Positions 13,171-26,369 of a DNA stretch of 64,000 nucleotides are shown piece after piece. The translations under genes and the position numbers were made by a program. The DNA is from Octopus sinensis (Eukaryota), in NCBI RefSeq assembly GCF_006345805.1, contig NC_043009.1:39618001-39682000 (forward strand), read 5' to 3'. The stretch's first letter is position 1. Each line of letters opens with the position of its first letter. The notes under the pieces are model-generated. The model was not told where the DNA came from, did no database searches, and worked only from the letters and a program-made list of their open reading frames with translations.

Positions 13171-14819
13171 ATAATCAGGTATATAGCTTCTGCAGTGTTC
13201 TAACTGGGAGGTTCTACCGACAGTTAGAAAACTGTGTAACGTCGGACAATAATTATGATGCTACGTAGCCAGGCTGTGTCTACGTTCAAGCCCCGACTTG
13301 TGGGAATAACTATATGACAAACACCAATTATACACGCTTACTTTCCAGGCGTCTTTTATAACTACGGTAGTCTCGGTGGAGCATGTCTGCATGTCAAGAG
13401 CCACATTTTACCGACCGATCCATAGAAATATTTTTTGTCGGTAGATTGACCAAGTAGCGAGTGGTACGTATTGATTCTTAAACAAATGAAAGAGTAGATG
13501 ACGTATTCTAGCCAAACAATATCTTTGGTAACATATGAGGTCAAATTGTAACGAAGGCGTTGTATGCATTTCCCGCTTCTCTCTCATCTTCGGGAGAAAG
13601 TTTAATTGTAACCCTTTCCAGAATAAGACCAAGTTCTGCCTTCTAATCTCATTCCAGTCATTACTACATGAATTGGAACCCAAGCATGTTAAGATAACTA
13701 ATTACTATAATTTGCTTCTCTAAGGGTGGACTTAGCGGGATAGGTCTTTGTTTCTGGTACCGCTTCTTATTCTTTTTAAACTGTACAAAACGCTTTGACT
13801 CCTGTGGTAGACAACAATTATTACAACGACCTCGTTCGGGTATGTTGACACAAATTTCCAAAGTCCCAGTAGTAGCAGGATGTTCTTCAATATGTATTTT
13901 GCAATTGTCCATGAATCAGTAGATACAAATTCGAGCACACCATTGATGAGCCAAGCGTGTGATTCGAAAACGTTCCGTGACATGACAATTTAGCGAAATC
14001 ACTCAACAGTTAAAGCAATGCACTGAAGGAAAAAAAAACCCCTTGGAAATGTTATTCCCATAAAAAGTGCTGAGTTCGACATAAGAGAAAGAAAAAAGAA
14101 ATTACACAGCCATTGGAGTAGCGCTAGTAAATTTGATTGATGATAATTTCCGCTTCATGCTACAAAAGTCATCAATAATTCTTTTATCTGTTTCCACCAT
14201 GGTTTGAACCTGTGCACATCGTTCGCTTGCACTTGAAACGTTTGTAAACCTGTAAAATATGGTAATTGCTATTTTGCCGCTTGTTTTACGTATACAAATA
14301 TAGAATGTTCGTGTATGTGTGTGCGCTTGTGTATTTGTGCGTGTGTGTGTACGTGTGTACGTGTGTACGTATGTGTCGATTAAATGTTCACCATGTACTT
14401 TCTGCAACCATATCGATGTTTGATTTTATAAAATTATACGTGTGTATTGCATTACTTTTGTAGTTAAATATAATCAGAAGGTCCGGCTAGTTTCATACCC
14501 GTCTTATATCCGGTTATATAACTGCAGTCGTCATTGAAAGCTAATGGAAGCTGTATATTTTAAGATTTATAACTACAACTTTTATTACACATGACCTCTA
14601 ACATTCAATAGAATCATTATAGCTTCAGATAATCATATCTGAACATGCAAAATAGTGTACTGATATAGCCAAATGAATATTCTCTGTTTGGATTCTAGTT
14701 TTCAATATGAAAATGACAGGAACAGCTATTTATTTTCATACAGTATTAGGAAAATGAGAAGATGATATCCTTTAATTGTGTATATTTTCTCTAACCTATA
14801 CTTATATTTAAGTGTACAA

Positions 14820-15016
14820 TCGCACGTAAATGGCAAGACGCACGCACAAGCACAGCTAGAAATATAGACATGTATATATATATATATATATATACATACA
14901 TATATGTATATATACATAGATATATATACATATATATATAGATATATATACACATATATATATGCATATGTATATATATATATAGATATTTGTACACATG
15001 TATGTGAATTTATATA

Positions 15017-15073
<57 letters not shown>

Positions 15074-15194
15074 TTATACACACACGTGCGTACATACACA
15101 CACGCGCGCCCTCACGCACGAATATACAGGCATATAGGTTTGTATATGTTTAAGTATATAAAAATATAACCGTAAATATACTTATATATTATAT

Positions 15195-15262
<68 letters not shown>

Positions 15263-16044
15263 ACAGACATATATACAGATAATATATACATGCATACATA
15301 GATACATTCACAATGATGGAGTCTCACATATGCCTTATAGTGAATTGAACAACTTAAATAATTTTTTTCTATATTTTATTTTTTTTGCAATTACTAGTCA
15401 AATAATACTGTCTAGGGGTGTTTAATATTCAGGAAGAAAATAAATAGGACAGTTAACACAAAATTTTCTTATACACATTTAAAAAAAATTAAATACTGCA
15501 AAACAGACGACTTATGAAACCCTCGGACATCTCTTAATATTGATTTCAAATTTTGGCACTTGGCCAGCAAGTTCAGGGGAGGAGAAAGTCAATTACATCG
15601 ACCCTAGACCTCAGAGGAATTTGAATTTAGAACGTAAGAATGAACGAAATGTTGGAAGTCATTTTGTCCGGCGTGCTAACCATTCTGCCAGCTCGCCGCC
15701 TTAGCACATCTTTTAACATTATTAGTTACTTGCTGACCACGTTCCGTCAATAATGACGGCGAATTGTAGTATTTTATACATAAATAAGGTACAAAATACC
15801 AGTCATACATACAAACATTCACATTCTTCCCTTGTACACGCACACACGTCCATATATTCACATAGAGTTGAAACACTGATTTTTTTCACCCCTTCCTTCC
15901 TTATTCATCTATCACCCCGTCATTTCTTTCATTGCTATTACTTTCTCTCACTCACTCTCAGTCAGGGCTATTACTCTCACTACTTCTCCTTCACTGAATT
16001 GCTATTTTCTATCCTCCTCCTTGTCTGGCGTGATTCTGAATAGA

Positions 16045-16115
<71 letters not shown>

Positions 16116-16125
16116 GTGTGTGGTG

Positions 16126-16156
<31 letters not shown>

Positions 16157-16184
16157 TGTGTGTGTATGTATATATACACACATG

Positions 16185-16216
<32 letters not shown>

Positions 16217-16230
16217 TACAAATATATAAA
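14820..16230. repeat. (TA)n/(CA)n microsatellite blocks (about 14820-15300 and 16045-16230)
   Basis: Directly visible. Confidence 0.93.
15540..15702 (-). mobile_element. tRNA-derived SINE family A, internally deleted
   Basis: Minus strand begins aaggcggcgagctggcagaatggttagcacgccgg, with B-box-like gttctaaattcaaattcc. Confidence 0.85.
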
Positions 16231-16939
16231 AGCACTACGCTCATTTTATTTTAGTTGATAGTCAGTTGGGCATATGAAGTTATAATCAAACCGGTATTAA
16301 GTTACAAAGCCTTACTTAGCTACATGATAAATAGACATCGGTATTATTAAACAACAGAAATAAGTAATATGATAATTATGCTGGACCAAAAATCCTAGAA
16401 GACGGCGCGCATATTTTGTACTCAACTAAGAATTTAATACTTCAGAATTACTACTGGTTTCATCTCAAAATACTAATCTTCAGACCAGTAGGTTTTGGCA
16501 GATAGTTGCTAATAGCTATTTCATGACCATAAATAAGTGGTCCTCAAATACCAATTTAGCGTGGGAATTGTGGTTGGCCTCTCTTATCGTTCCGACAAAT
16601 AAGAATTCTGCAAGACACAGCTGCACAGTGTACTTAGTTCAGTGCTTTGTTGTGTTGTCTGAGAAAGTACGACAATACTGGTGCCATGGTTTGCAAAACA
16701 AACAGCACGATGAATATTAACTAATTTCCTGGTAGCAATGAGGATACATGATTTATATGGAGTTATCTACTTTCAGATGAACAGCCTAGAAAGCTAAATC
16801 GCCACATCTGCCCTTGTGAGTGTCTGTGAGTGAACTTTGTACATAGACAATTCAATGACAGGCTAATTAACATACAGCTGGTCTTCTGGCAGGCGCTATT
16901 GTTTCAGATCAGAGTAGACCAGGAAAAAATAATGGATAA

Positions 16940-18730
16940 GAGTTATTACCACATTCTTCTAAACTTAGGAATCCCTGTACCATTTGCCTTAGTAGTGGAT
17001 GCAATTTGAAGTTATACCCGGAGCAAACTGTTGGGAGTAGGTAATTGAACATTTCTGAGTGGGATGTGGAGTGTTTCGAACTCTTATTGTTTGCTTTTGT
17101 GCGGTCAATGTGTATTTGTGTATGTATATGTATGTCTGTGCTTGTTAGTATGTAAAACAGAATGGTTTAGTTTAGATGCATTAAATGGATTCTGTATACG
17201 ATAATAATTCAAGGGAAAAAAACGAATCGAAATTTTGGCTATGGTATTTTTCATAGAAGGTCAAATCGATACCACTGGGAGGTAAGTAGTCTTATCTTAC
17301 TCGCGAGATGGTGTTTGAGACATGGGGTCATTATATGGTACTGAGTGATTGACGTTTACTTTAACAGTGTGTGGATGTTTACGGAGGACGTTCTTCCTAC
17401 TTAAATTTTCATTTCAGTTTTATGTTGTTCACCATGTTTGGAGATGATTTTTTCCTTTGTAATGTCCATTAACTCTGTGTGGTGTATCATCACTGGCATC
17501 TCCAGTGTAGTAGTTCTATGGGATAAAGTTTTTGGGAGTTAATTGTACCGAAACTACGTTGATTCTTGACCACGTAATTATCGACGAGTAACCCATGCTT
17601 AATTGTACTTTTACTCTAATAGATTTCCATGCCGTTTTGCTTCCATTTTGGCAAAATGTATTGACATATATATACGTACATACATACATACACACTCAAA
17701 CACACATGCACATATAGTCATACGAACATGTATGTATGAATATTTGCATGTATGTATACATGTGTGTGTATGTGTGTGCGTTTGTGATTTTATGTGTGTG
17801 TGTTTGAAACATTAGTGTAGAGGTATGTGAAAGTACAGATATGGAAATGGCCATAAAAATTTTCAAAAGTAATTTCCTAGTAGTTGAGATAAACACGTAT
17901 ATTTCCAAGCATAGACATTTAACCGGATATTTGAACAAACCGTTCTACATTTATAATTATATCTCTACCATCACCTAGAATTATGAATTATTGTCGTCAC
18001 AAAACATTCCAGATCCTAGAATTATCAATTCTATCCATTGGTAGCAATTCCAAAGCCTAATCTTTTGTTAGAAATTCTGTTTATGCGACTCTTTTGGGCC
18101 CTGTTAATTTCAAATCTATTCAAGTTTGGTGTTGTAGAGTAGGGGACCTCCAGTAACCACCAGTCAAAGAAAGGGTTGTATTCATTTCATATTATGATAG
18201 AAAATGCTCTGTGACGAAGTTAAAGAAGTGCTTATAATGACAGTGGTTAATATTAAGTTGAAAGTGATGTTGTACCATAGGTTGTTTTGCTATTTCAATT
18301 TTATAATTATTATTTGTGAAGGGAGAATACGATATCTCTTCTTTAAAATCTAGCCTTTTTAAAGTGTTATTATAGTCATATGTGATATAGTTATGTAAGC
18401 TTTGTTGCTTCATGAGTTTATATGTAAATGATATATTTTTGAGGACTGTTTTCACTTAGCAACGATCGGTCTGTGGTTGTTTGCTAAGCGTATATGTTGA
18501 ATATTTCATTGTTTTTTTAATGACATGTATTGGAAGTCTTTGTGATGAGAAGTATAATATAAACAGTCCGCTGTTTAATTCTGGTTTCATTGTGATTTCA
18601 AGCTGTATTTTTTTAGCTGGAAAATATATTTTATCTATCTTTATCAGTGGCTCTAGAGTTATGTCGTTAAGGATTGATTTGCACGTCGTCTCTATAGAAG
18701 CCACTGTCAGCGTGTAGAAATTCAGCATGT
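16940..18730 (-). mobile_element. Highly degenerate Penelope-like RT remnant
   Basis: Mosaic peptides resemble Penelope RT blocks in the expected order: KIYFPAKK (ADKT), QSLHNYIT, INRAQKSRINRISNK (INPAKS), LSMGYSS (VTMGSY), YYTGDAS (YRDD), TVKVNVNHSVPYND, DKTTYL, GFLSL. The similarity is by eye only. Confidence 0.45.
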
Positions 18731-18776
18731 ACGTTGTGTTACAGAAAGAGTCGAAACAAGTAACTTAACTCATATT

Positions 18777-19542
18777 TATTTCTTTATTGCCCACAGCGGG
18801 CTAAACACAGAGGGGACAAACAAGGACATACAAAGGGATCAAGTCGATTACATCGACCCCAATGCGTATCCCCAAAGTATCAAAGGCAAAGTCGACTTCG
18901 GTGGAATTTGTACTCAGAACGTAATGGCAGACGAAATACCTATTTCTTTACTACACACAAGGGACTAAACACAGAGAGGACAAACAAGGTCAGGCTAACG
19001 GATTAAGTCGATTATATCGACCCCATTGCATAGCTGGTACTTATTTAATCGACCCCGAAAGGATGAAAGGCAAAGTTGACCTCGGCGGAATTTGAACTCA
19101 GAACGTAACGGCAGTCGAAATACCTATTCCTTTACTACCCACAAGGGGCTAAGCAGAGAGGGGACAAACAAGGACAGACAAACGGATTAAGTCGATTATA
19201 TCGATCCCAATGCGTAACTGGAACTTATTTAATCGACCCCGAAAGGATGAAAGGCAAAGTCGACCTCGGTAGACTTTGAACTCAGAACATAGCGGCAGTC
19301 GAAATACCTATTCCTTTACTCCCCACAAGGGGTTAAACACAGAGGGGACAAACAAGGACAGACAAACGGATTAAGTCGATTATATCGACCCCAATGCGTA
19401 ACTGGTACCTATTTAATCGACCCCGAAAGGATGAAAGGCAAAGTCGACCTCGGCGGAATTTGAACTCAGAACGTAACAGCAGAAGAAATACGGCAAAGCA
19501 TTTCGCCCGGTGTGCTAACGATTCTGCCAGCTCGCTGCTCTT
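18777..19542 (-). mobile_element. SINE family A with about 4 tandem internal ~180-bp units, flanked by a 22-bp direct repeat
   Basis: One tRNA-like head at about 19480-19542. The unit gaaatacctatt...caaacaagg...aagtcgatt...atcgacccc...ggcaaagtcgacctcgg...gaactcagaac repeats. Flanks are aacaagtaacttaactcatatt (18755-18776) and aacaggtaacttaactcatatt (19543-19564). Confidence 0.92.
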
Positions 19543-19799
19543 AACAGGTAACTTAACTCATATTACACAAATGCAACCGAGCTGATGTGAAAGGCTTCAT
19601 TGTATTTCTTTTTGTATGCAAATTTTTGGCTCCTTAATTCAGCTTTATCGGGTTTTGAATATAACGTTTTAATTTTGTTCGGGGATAGGCTACAACAGGT
19701 TGAGATGTGGGAATTAGTTTAGTGTCTTGTACATTGTGGATTGTGTAGTTGAATTGTGATAGCATTCAGTTTCCAATAATCTTTACGTGTGTAAGTTTG

Positions 19800-19894
19800 T
19801 ATATATGTACGCATAGTTGTTTATATGTATATACATACATATATACTAACATATATACATATATATATAAATATATACACACGCATATACATAC

Positions 19895-19935
<41 letters not shown>

Positions 19936-20300
19936 ATCACACATGTATGCGTATCAGTATTTGTATATATATTTAAACACACACACACACATATATCCAT
20001 ACATGTATATATATACACACATATATACATATATGTATACATGTAAACACACACATATATGTTTATATAAATATATTTATATAGAGAGAGATAAATAGGT
20101 TGGTAAATAGATAGATAGATACATACATACATAGAGAGGTAGCTAGATATATGTGTGCATGTAGTGATGCATGCTTTTATACATGTAAATATATTTGTAT
20201 ACCTATTTATATTTATATACATACATAATACACACATATAGATTTATGTGTGAGTGTGTGAATGTATATATGTGGGTGTACGTGTGCTCTTTGTGTGTGT
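19800..20300. repeat. Compound (TA)n/(CA)n/(TAGA)n microsatellite
   Basis: Directly visible. Confidence 0.93.
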
Positions 20301-22873
20301 ATGTGTAGCGTAGCTGAAGATTATATCCAAAGTTACCAACCTAAAAATGTGAAGTGTAATATGCATATTTGTATTGTACAGATTGTAATATAATAGACTA
20401 AATGATAATTCTATAAAGCTCTAAGTCTTTAGCTATTATGCTTTGTAACACTATTATTAACGGTAATATAAATGTGTGGCAAGATGTAAAGTATTTCAGA
20501 TCTATATCAATAACTTTATCGTAGAAGTTATAGCAGTAAGCATTAAATATACATTGCTTGTCAAAATTCTATGCAGTTATTGGTATACAGAAATCTGATA
20601 TATATATATTTCGAATAGTACCAGACAAAACAAAATTATTAATGATGTATTTTCTGAAATTTTACACTAGAATTCGTCTTATTGGTCCAAATTGGATATT
20701 GGAAGAATTGTAAGCCCGTGAGATATATTGAATGTAAAATTATTGTTATCTGAAAGAATGTAGTTTGCTAAACGTTTATTACACGAAATACTTGTTAAAT
20801 TATTTTGAAATTACTTTTCTTTGCTTATCACTTACCCACTCAGATTCGTGATCGTTTATACTAAACATTCCTAAAAACCATTTCTTAAGCATTTCTTATA
20901 ACGCTCTATTTTCATAAATAACATATGTCCATTTATGATGTGTACCGTATAGCATTGTAGCTCTCCTCTCTCTCTTCCAGAATTACAGTTATTAACGGCA
21001 AAAACATTCGCTGTGTCTTGGACATGTAGCTCTTCATTTAAGTTATCGATGAAATTAAGTGAAGTTAGGTAAAACTATATCTTAACCCTTAGAAACAACA
21101 AGTACGTTTGGCGAGTGCGATTTCGTTTAACTGCACTTCCTGGAAAATAAAAAAATTGAGTGGCTACATGGGTTTGTGTGTATGGGAGAAAATGATTTTT
21201 GCTTATTAGCGAGCTGTAAGCACAAACCATGTGTATACTTGTCTTGAATTTCAAGAGGTATAGCTAATTGAAATTACTCCCGATAAAGCGTACTCCTGGC
21301 TGCATAAGTTTAAAATGACCTAATTAGAAAGAAGGCCCCTGTGTCATTACCTGACTTGTTAGAAATAGATTTTACATTTACCTCAAATCATCTTGTATCC
21401 TCCGAAATGAAGAGGACATTATAGCTGTTGTATTTTCAAGAGCACAAGAGTATATGGCCACAGAGTACTTTTCGTCATAGGTCTACACCTACCACAGGTC
21501 ATGTTTGATGTCAAGCTAAATAGAAGGAGCAGCAATTATAGCAGCAGCAGCAGCAACTACAACAACAACATAATTTGATATCTGGATATGATACATCTCA
21601 AGGAAGAGTAACGATAAAGAAGTCATATAAATAACACCACTGTTGAGACATATCCCATTAAACAGTGCCCGGGTAAGCGTCTTTCGGATAAAACCGATGA
21701 AATTGAATTAAGCTAACAATGACTGAATATCTTATCTTCTGCCGCCATTTTTATTTGTTGGTATTTCAATAATTAGGCCTCTGTTAATGTTATGTTTTAC
21801 ATTATGGTTTCAATACAGAATGATAGCCTCAGCTATAATCATGTGACATTCTCTGAAGATCAAAAACTGGAACGTATAGAAAAGATAAAGGCTGGTGTTT
21901 CGGTAGTGAGAATTTCTGAAGAATATTAAGTTAGAGGGTGATGTAAAAGAAGAGGAAGGAAGAAGTGAGATAAAGAGGAATACGGGAATGTAACAAAGTT
22001 TTGTGGAAAAGAATGGACGGGAAAAATAATGGTGTCAAATTTTGGCACAAGGCCAACAGTTTTAGGAAGGAGCCGAGTCGATTACATCAACCCCAGTATG
22101 GTAGGAGGTGGTTTGTGCTGGATATTGCTGCACTTGGTAAGCGACTCTTACTGTTTAGAGCACCTTCATGTATAATCGACCAGCCAAACGAAGAATGTAA
22201 ATACACATAACATACATATCCGAAATATTGATAACTTCGGGCATATTGCTGATGACCTGCTCAAATTAGCAGAAATGGATTTCACTGTTTATATTTGATT
22301 TTTTTTTAATGCAATTTTATTTTGTAATTAGGAGTCTATGAGATTTGCAAAAGATACACATTTTGAGGGAATACTGAAGAATTGGTAGATTTTTCAGCTA
22401 TGCTACGGATGATCTTTCAACTAAATCTTTCATCTATGCTACATATTAAATAACGTTAGAATAAAAAAAAAACGTACATAACACCCTCATTAAAACGCCA
22501 CATGTGAGGCCAGCTTCGGATGAGATTGTTGTAAAATAACTTAAGAAAAGAATGACTCAACTTACTATGGCAATTTATCCCCTCTGCCAATATGACATGA
22601 GCCTTTTTCCTCTATTACAGATAAATGAACTTATCAATGTACGGTAGCGTCTTGCTTTCTTCTAACGAAATTTGCTGGTTTGAACCCTTCAATGAACCGA
22701 AGTCCAATTCAAGAATAATGATGTAGGCTGTAGTCTCGATCATTTGAAGGGCATTAAAACTGGGTAAGAGGCTTTATGAGTCGTAAAGCGCCCACTCCAA
22801 TCTTCATACACACGCTCAAAAAGATTTTGGCTCAACAATTAGTATCTTCCTGATTTTATCAAATTTAGCATAC

Positions 22874-23340
22874 AGAGGCGCAGGCGTGGATGCATGACAA
22901 GAAGCTTGCTCCCCATTCACATGGGGCCGGGTTTAGTCCTACTGCAAGGCACCTGGGGCAAGTATCTTCTACTATAACCTCGGGCCGTCCCGAATCCTGG
23001 GAATGGATTTTGAAGATGGAAACTGAAAGAAGCACGCCGTATACTCATATATGTGTGTGTGTTGTGTGTGAGTAAGTGCATGTTAGTGTGTGCGCGTGTG
23101 TGTATGTGTGTGTGTGTGTGTGTGTGCGTGTATCTTTGTGACTGTGTTTGTCCTCCACGACCGGTTGACAACCAGTGGTGGTGTATTTACATCCCCGTAA
23201 CTTAGCAGTTCGGCAAAAGATACCGATAGAAGTACCAGTCTTAAAACATAAGTACTGGGGTCGATTCAATCGATTAAAAATTATTCAATGCGGTGCCCCA
23301 GCTTTGCCGCAGTCTAATGACTGAAAGAAATAAAAGAAAT
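22874..23340 (+). mobile_element. CORE-like tRNA SINE family B, diverged full length
   Basis: Head ggcgcaggcgtgg..., CORE-like gcacctggggcaagtatcttctactataacc, an internal (GT)n tract and tail gactgaaagaaataaaagaaata. Confidence 0.88.
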
Positions 23341-23439
23341 ACAGTTGGAAGATGTACAATGTGGCGTAATGACTGGATCATTAAAGCGTCGGAAAATATC
23401 TTACTCACATTTCTTCCGGCATTATTACATTCTAAGTTT

Positions 23440-23760
23440 AAGGCAGTGAGCTTGCAGAACCGTTGGTATGCCGGATGAAGTGCTTAGTTGCATTTCATCC
23501 GTCTCCACGTTCTGAGTTCAAATTCCGCCGAAATCGAATTTGCCTTTGTATCTGTGTATTTCAGGGTCGATAAGATAAGTACCAGAGTTTTGGTTCGATG
23601 GAGCCAACTTACGCACTTCCACAAAATAGCAGGCCACATACCAAAATTTGAAACCATTCTGAGTTGCAATTCGGTCGAAGTCAACTTCGTCCTTCATAAT
23701 TTCGGGTGTAGGTAAATTAAAATACCAGTCAAGGACTGCTGTTAGTGAGCTGGCCTTATA
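23440..23760. mobile_element. Two degenerate family-A SINE pieces in opposite orientation
   Basis: gttctgagttcaaattccgccgaaatcgaatttgcc on +, and cggtcgaagtcaacttcgtccttcataatttcggg further right in reverse. Confidence 0.6.
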
Positions 23761-23774
23761 TTTCAACGCTCTGC

Positions 23775-24087
23775 GTAACTTTTTGTTTGTCCCTTCTCGA
23801 CCCATGCCTGGCTCATAAGGGCCGGTTGCCCGGTTTCCTTGGCGTATAGGTTCCCCACCAGGACGGGACGTCGGGCCGTCGCAGGTGAGCTGCAAGATGC
23901 AGGAGGAAGAGTGAGAGAATGTTGTGGCGAAAGAGTCAACAGAAGTTCGCCATTACCTCCTACCGGAGCTGCGTGGAGCTAAAGTGTTTTCGCTCATAAA
24001 CACACACATCGCCCGGTTTGAGATTCGAACCTGCGATCCCTCAACCGCGAATCCGCTGCTCTAAACACTAGGCCATGCGCCTCCACT
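23775..24087 (-). mobile_element. tRNA-derived SINE family C
   Basis: Minus strand reads gtggaggcgcatggcctagtgtttagagcagcgg...caggttcgaatctc (A/B boxes); the body matches the 56055 copy. Confidence 0.9.
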
Positions 24088-24399
24088 TACGTAACTGTAG
24101 AAGGAATAAAATTTTAAAATTAGTTACATGACCTAAAATCCAAAGTTTTGTTGCACTAAAATTCTAAATGACCTGCAAAATAGTATATTTGTCTCAGAGA
24201 ATATTACTACAATATTTGCATACATTGTTAAAGTGTCTCTGATACGCTTTTGCGGAAACTCATCCAGACAGACACTATTCAACACTAAAAGCATCCGGAG
24301 GAACTCAGTCTCTTTAACGAATTATTCAAAGCACAACATATTTTGCAACGTATACTAGGAAATACAATAAAGTTTTGTAGTTTCACGCACCACAATACA

Positions 24400-24968
<569 letters not shown>

Positions 24969-25906
24969 ACTTTTTCCATTAGAGAATTTACAATTTCATA
25001 TTCTTGACTTCCCAATCAGTAGGAAAATGATTATATAATTTAATTTGAAAAACAGGAAGAGGATCTTGTATCGCAGCAGAATACCGATGAGAAGAATGTA
25101 AATAATTCAGGGGTAATTTTTTCTTCAGTGTCACTGTATGTATCATCGCTATTTTGTTTTCAGATTGAGCATTTTTGCAATGACAATACCATGTTTACAA
25201 TTATTATTGAAACGTCGTTGATAATATTTGGTGCCGACTGTATTTTGTAGTAAGTACTGATGTCATCTGATAACTTATGTTGAAAATATCGATCGTAGGT
25301 TTAAAATATCAAAATAATGCATATTATCTATTTATTACTATACTTCATACATTGTAGAACAGAAGAAAAAATGACAGTAAATGGTTTTAGGTTATTGCTG
25401 TCAGTTCGCTTTACATTAATGCCATATTGCTATTATAATCTCCTTCCTCTCTGATTTTAGCCTTCCACTTAACTTTTCTATCGTACAACTTTATCGTCTC
25501 TATAGGTGCCATTTTCACGTCACGCAAAATGTCTACCAATCCTCAGTTTCTGGTGTTTAATATAAAAATAAAAAGTATGATAATAGTTACAAAAATAGCG
25601 AATGAAAAAATATATAATCTTTTTTCAATTCTTTTTTTTTTTTAGGATTCAATACAATCTAATCACAAAAGTAGAACTCTACGAAGAAATTCTAATATAA
25701 ATATTACAAATTCAGTTTTATATTCTTTATTTCAACTTTTTTTCATACGTTTCCTATTTCAAGATTTGGCTTTTTTATCCGTAAAAAGTAGAGAAAATGT
25801 ATTTGTCTCTCTCATGTGTATTATTGTAGATTCTGTCTCCTATTTATATTTTACCAAAAATGTTTCGAATAAAAACCAGCTTTTACTGCGAATTTGATAA
25901 ATAAAA

Positions 25907-26050
25907 ATAGTGTGGACGTGTGGTAAGAAGTTTGCTTCCCAACCACATAGTCTGGGATTCAATCTCACAGCTTGGTACCATGGGCAAAGATCTTTAACTA
26001 TAATCTGTGGATTTGATAGACAGGAAGTGAAAGAGGCCCGTCACCACTGT
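25907..26050 (+). mobile_element. Degenerate family-B SINE head
   Basis: gtgtggtaagaagtttgcttcccaaccacatag...ggattcaatctcac. Confidence 0.65.
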
Positions 26051-26369
26051 CTCTTTACTTTGCTTTTCTTTTATTTTCCTTTCTTTCTCTCTCTCCTCAC
26101 ATACTCTCTCTCTCTTCCTCTCTTTCCCTTGTTCCCTCCTCCCACTCTCATGTAACCCTTGACGACCTAAGGCGATATCACGATGCTCTCTGCTCCTCGC
26201 TGTACCCCTCCTGCGTCTATAGTCCTTTAGGACAGTTTCCATTTCTCCTCCACGTTACTCACTTTTGCCTGTCTTACAGCTTCAAGGCTTTTTGTTGTAT
26301 ATATATTATTTTTAATCATTATTTGTCTTCGTCTGGCCCTATGCCTTTATTCTATTTATTGTTTTGTCT

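Noticed and set aside
16449-16491. Minus-strand CTGAAGA...GAAAC hairpin (also about 42290-42360)
   Set aside because: There is no room for stem I and no stem II pairing, so it cannot form a hammerhead.
18777-19542. CRISPR-like or satellite array
   Set aside because: The units are contiguous SINE body copies with no unique spacers, in eukaryotic context.
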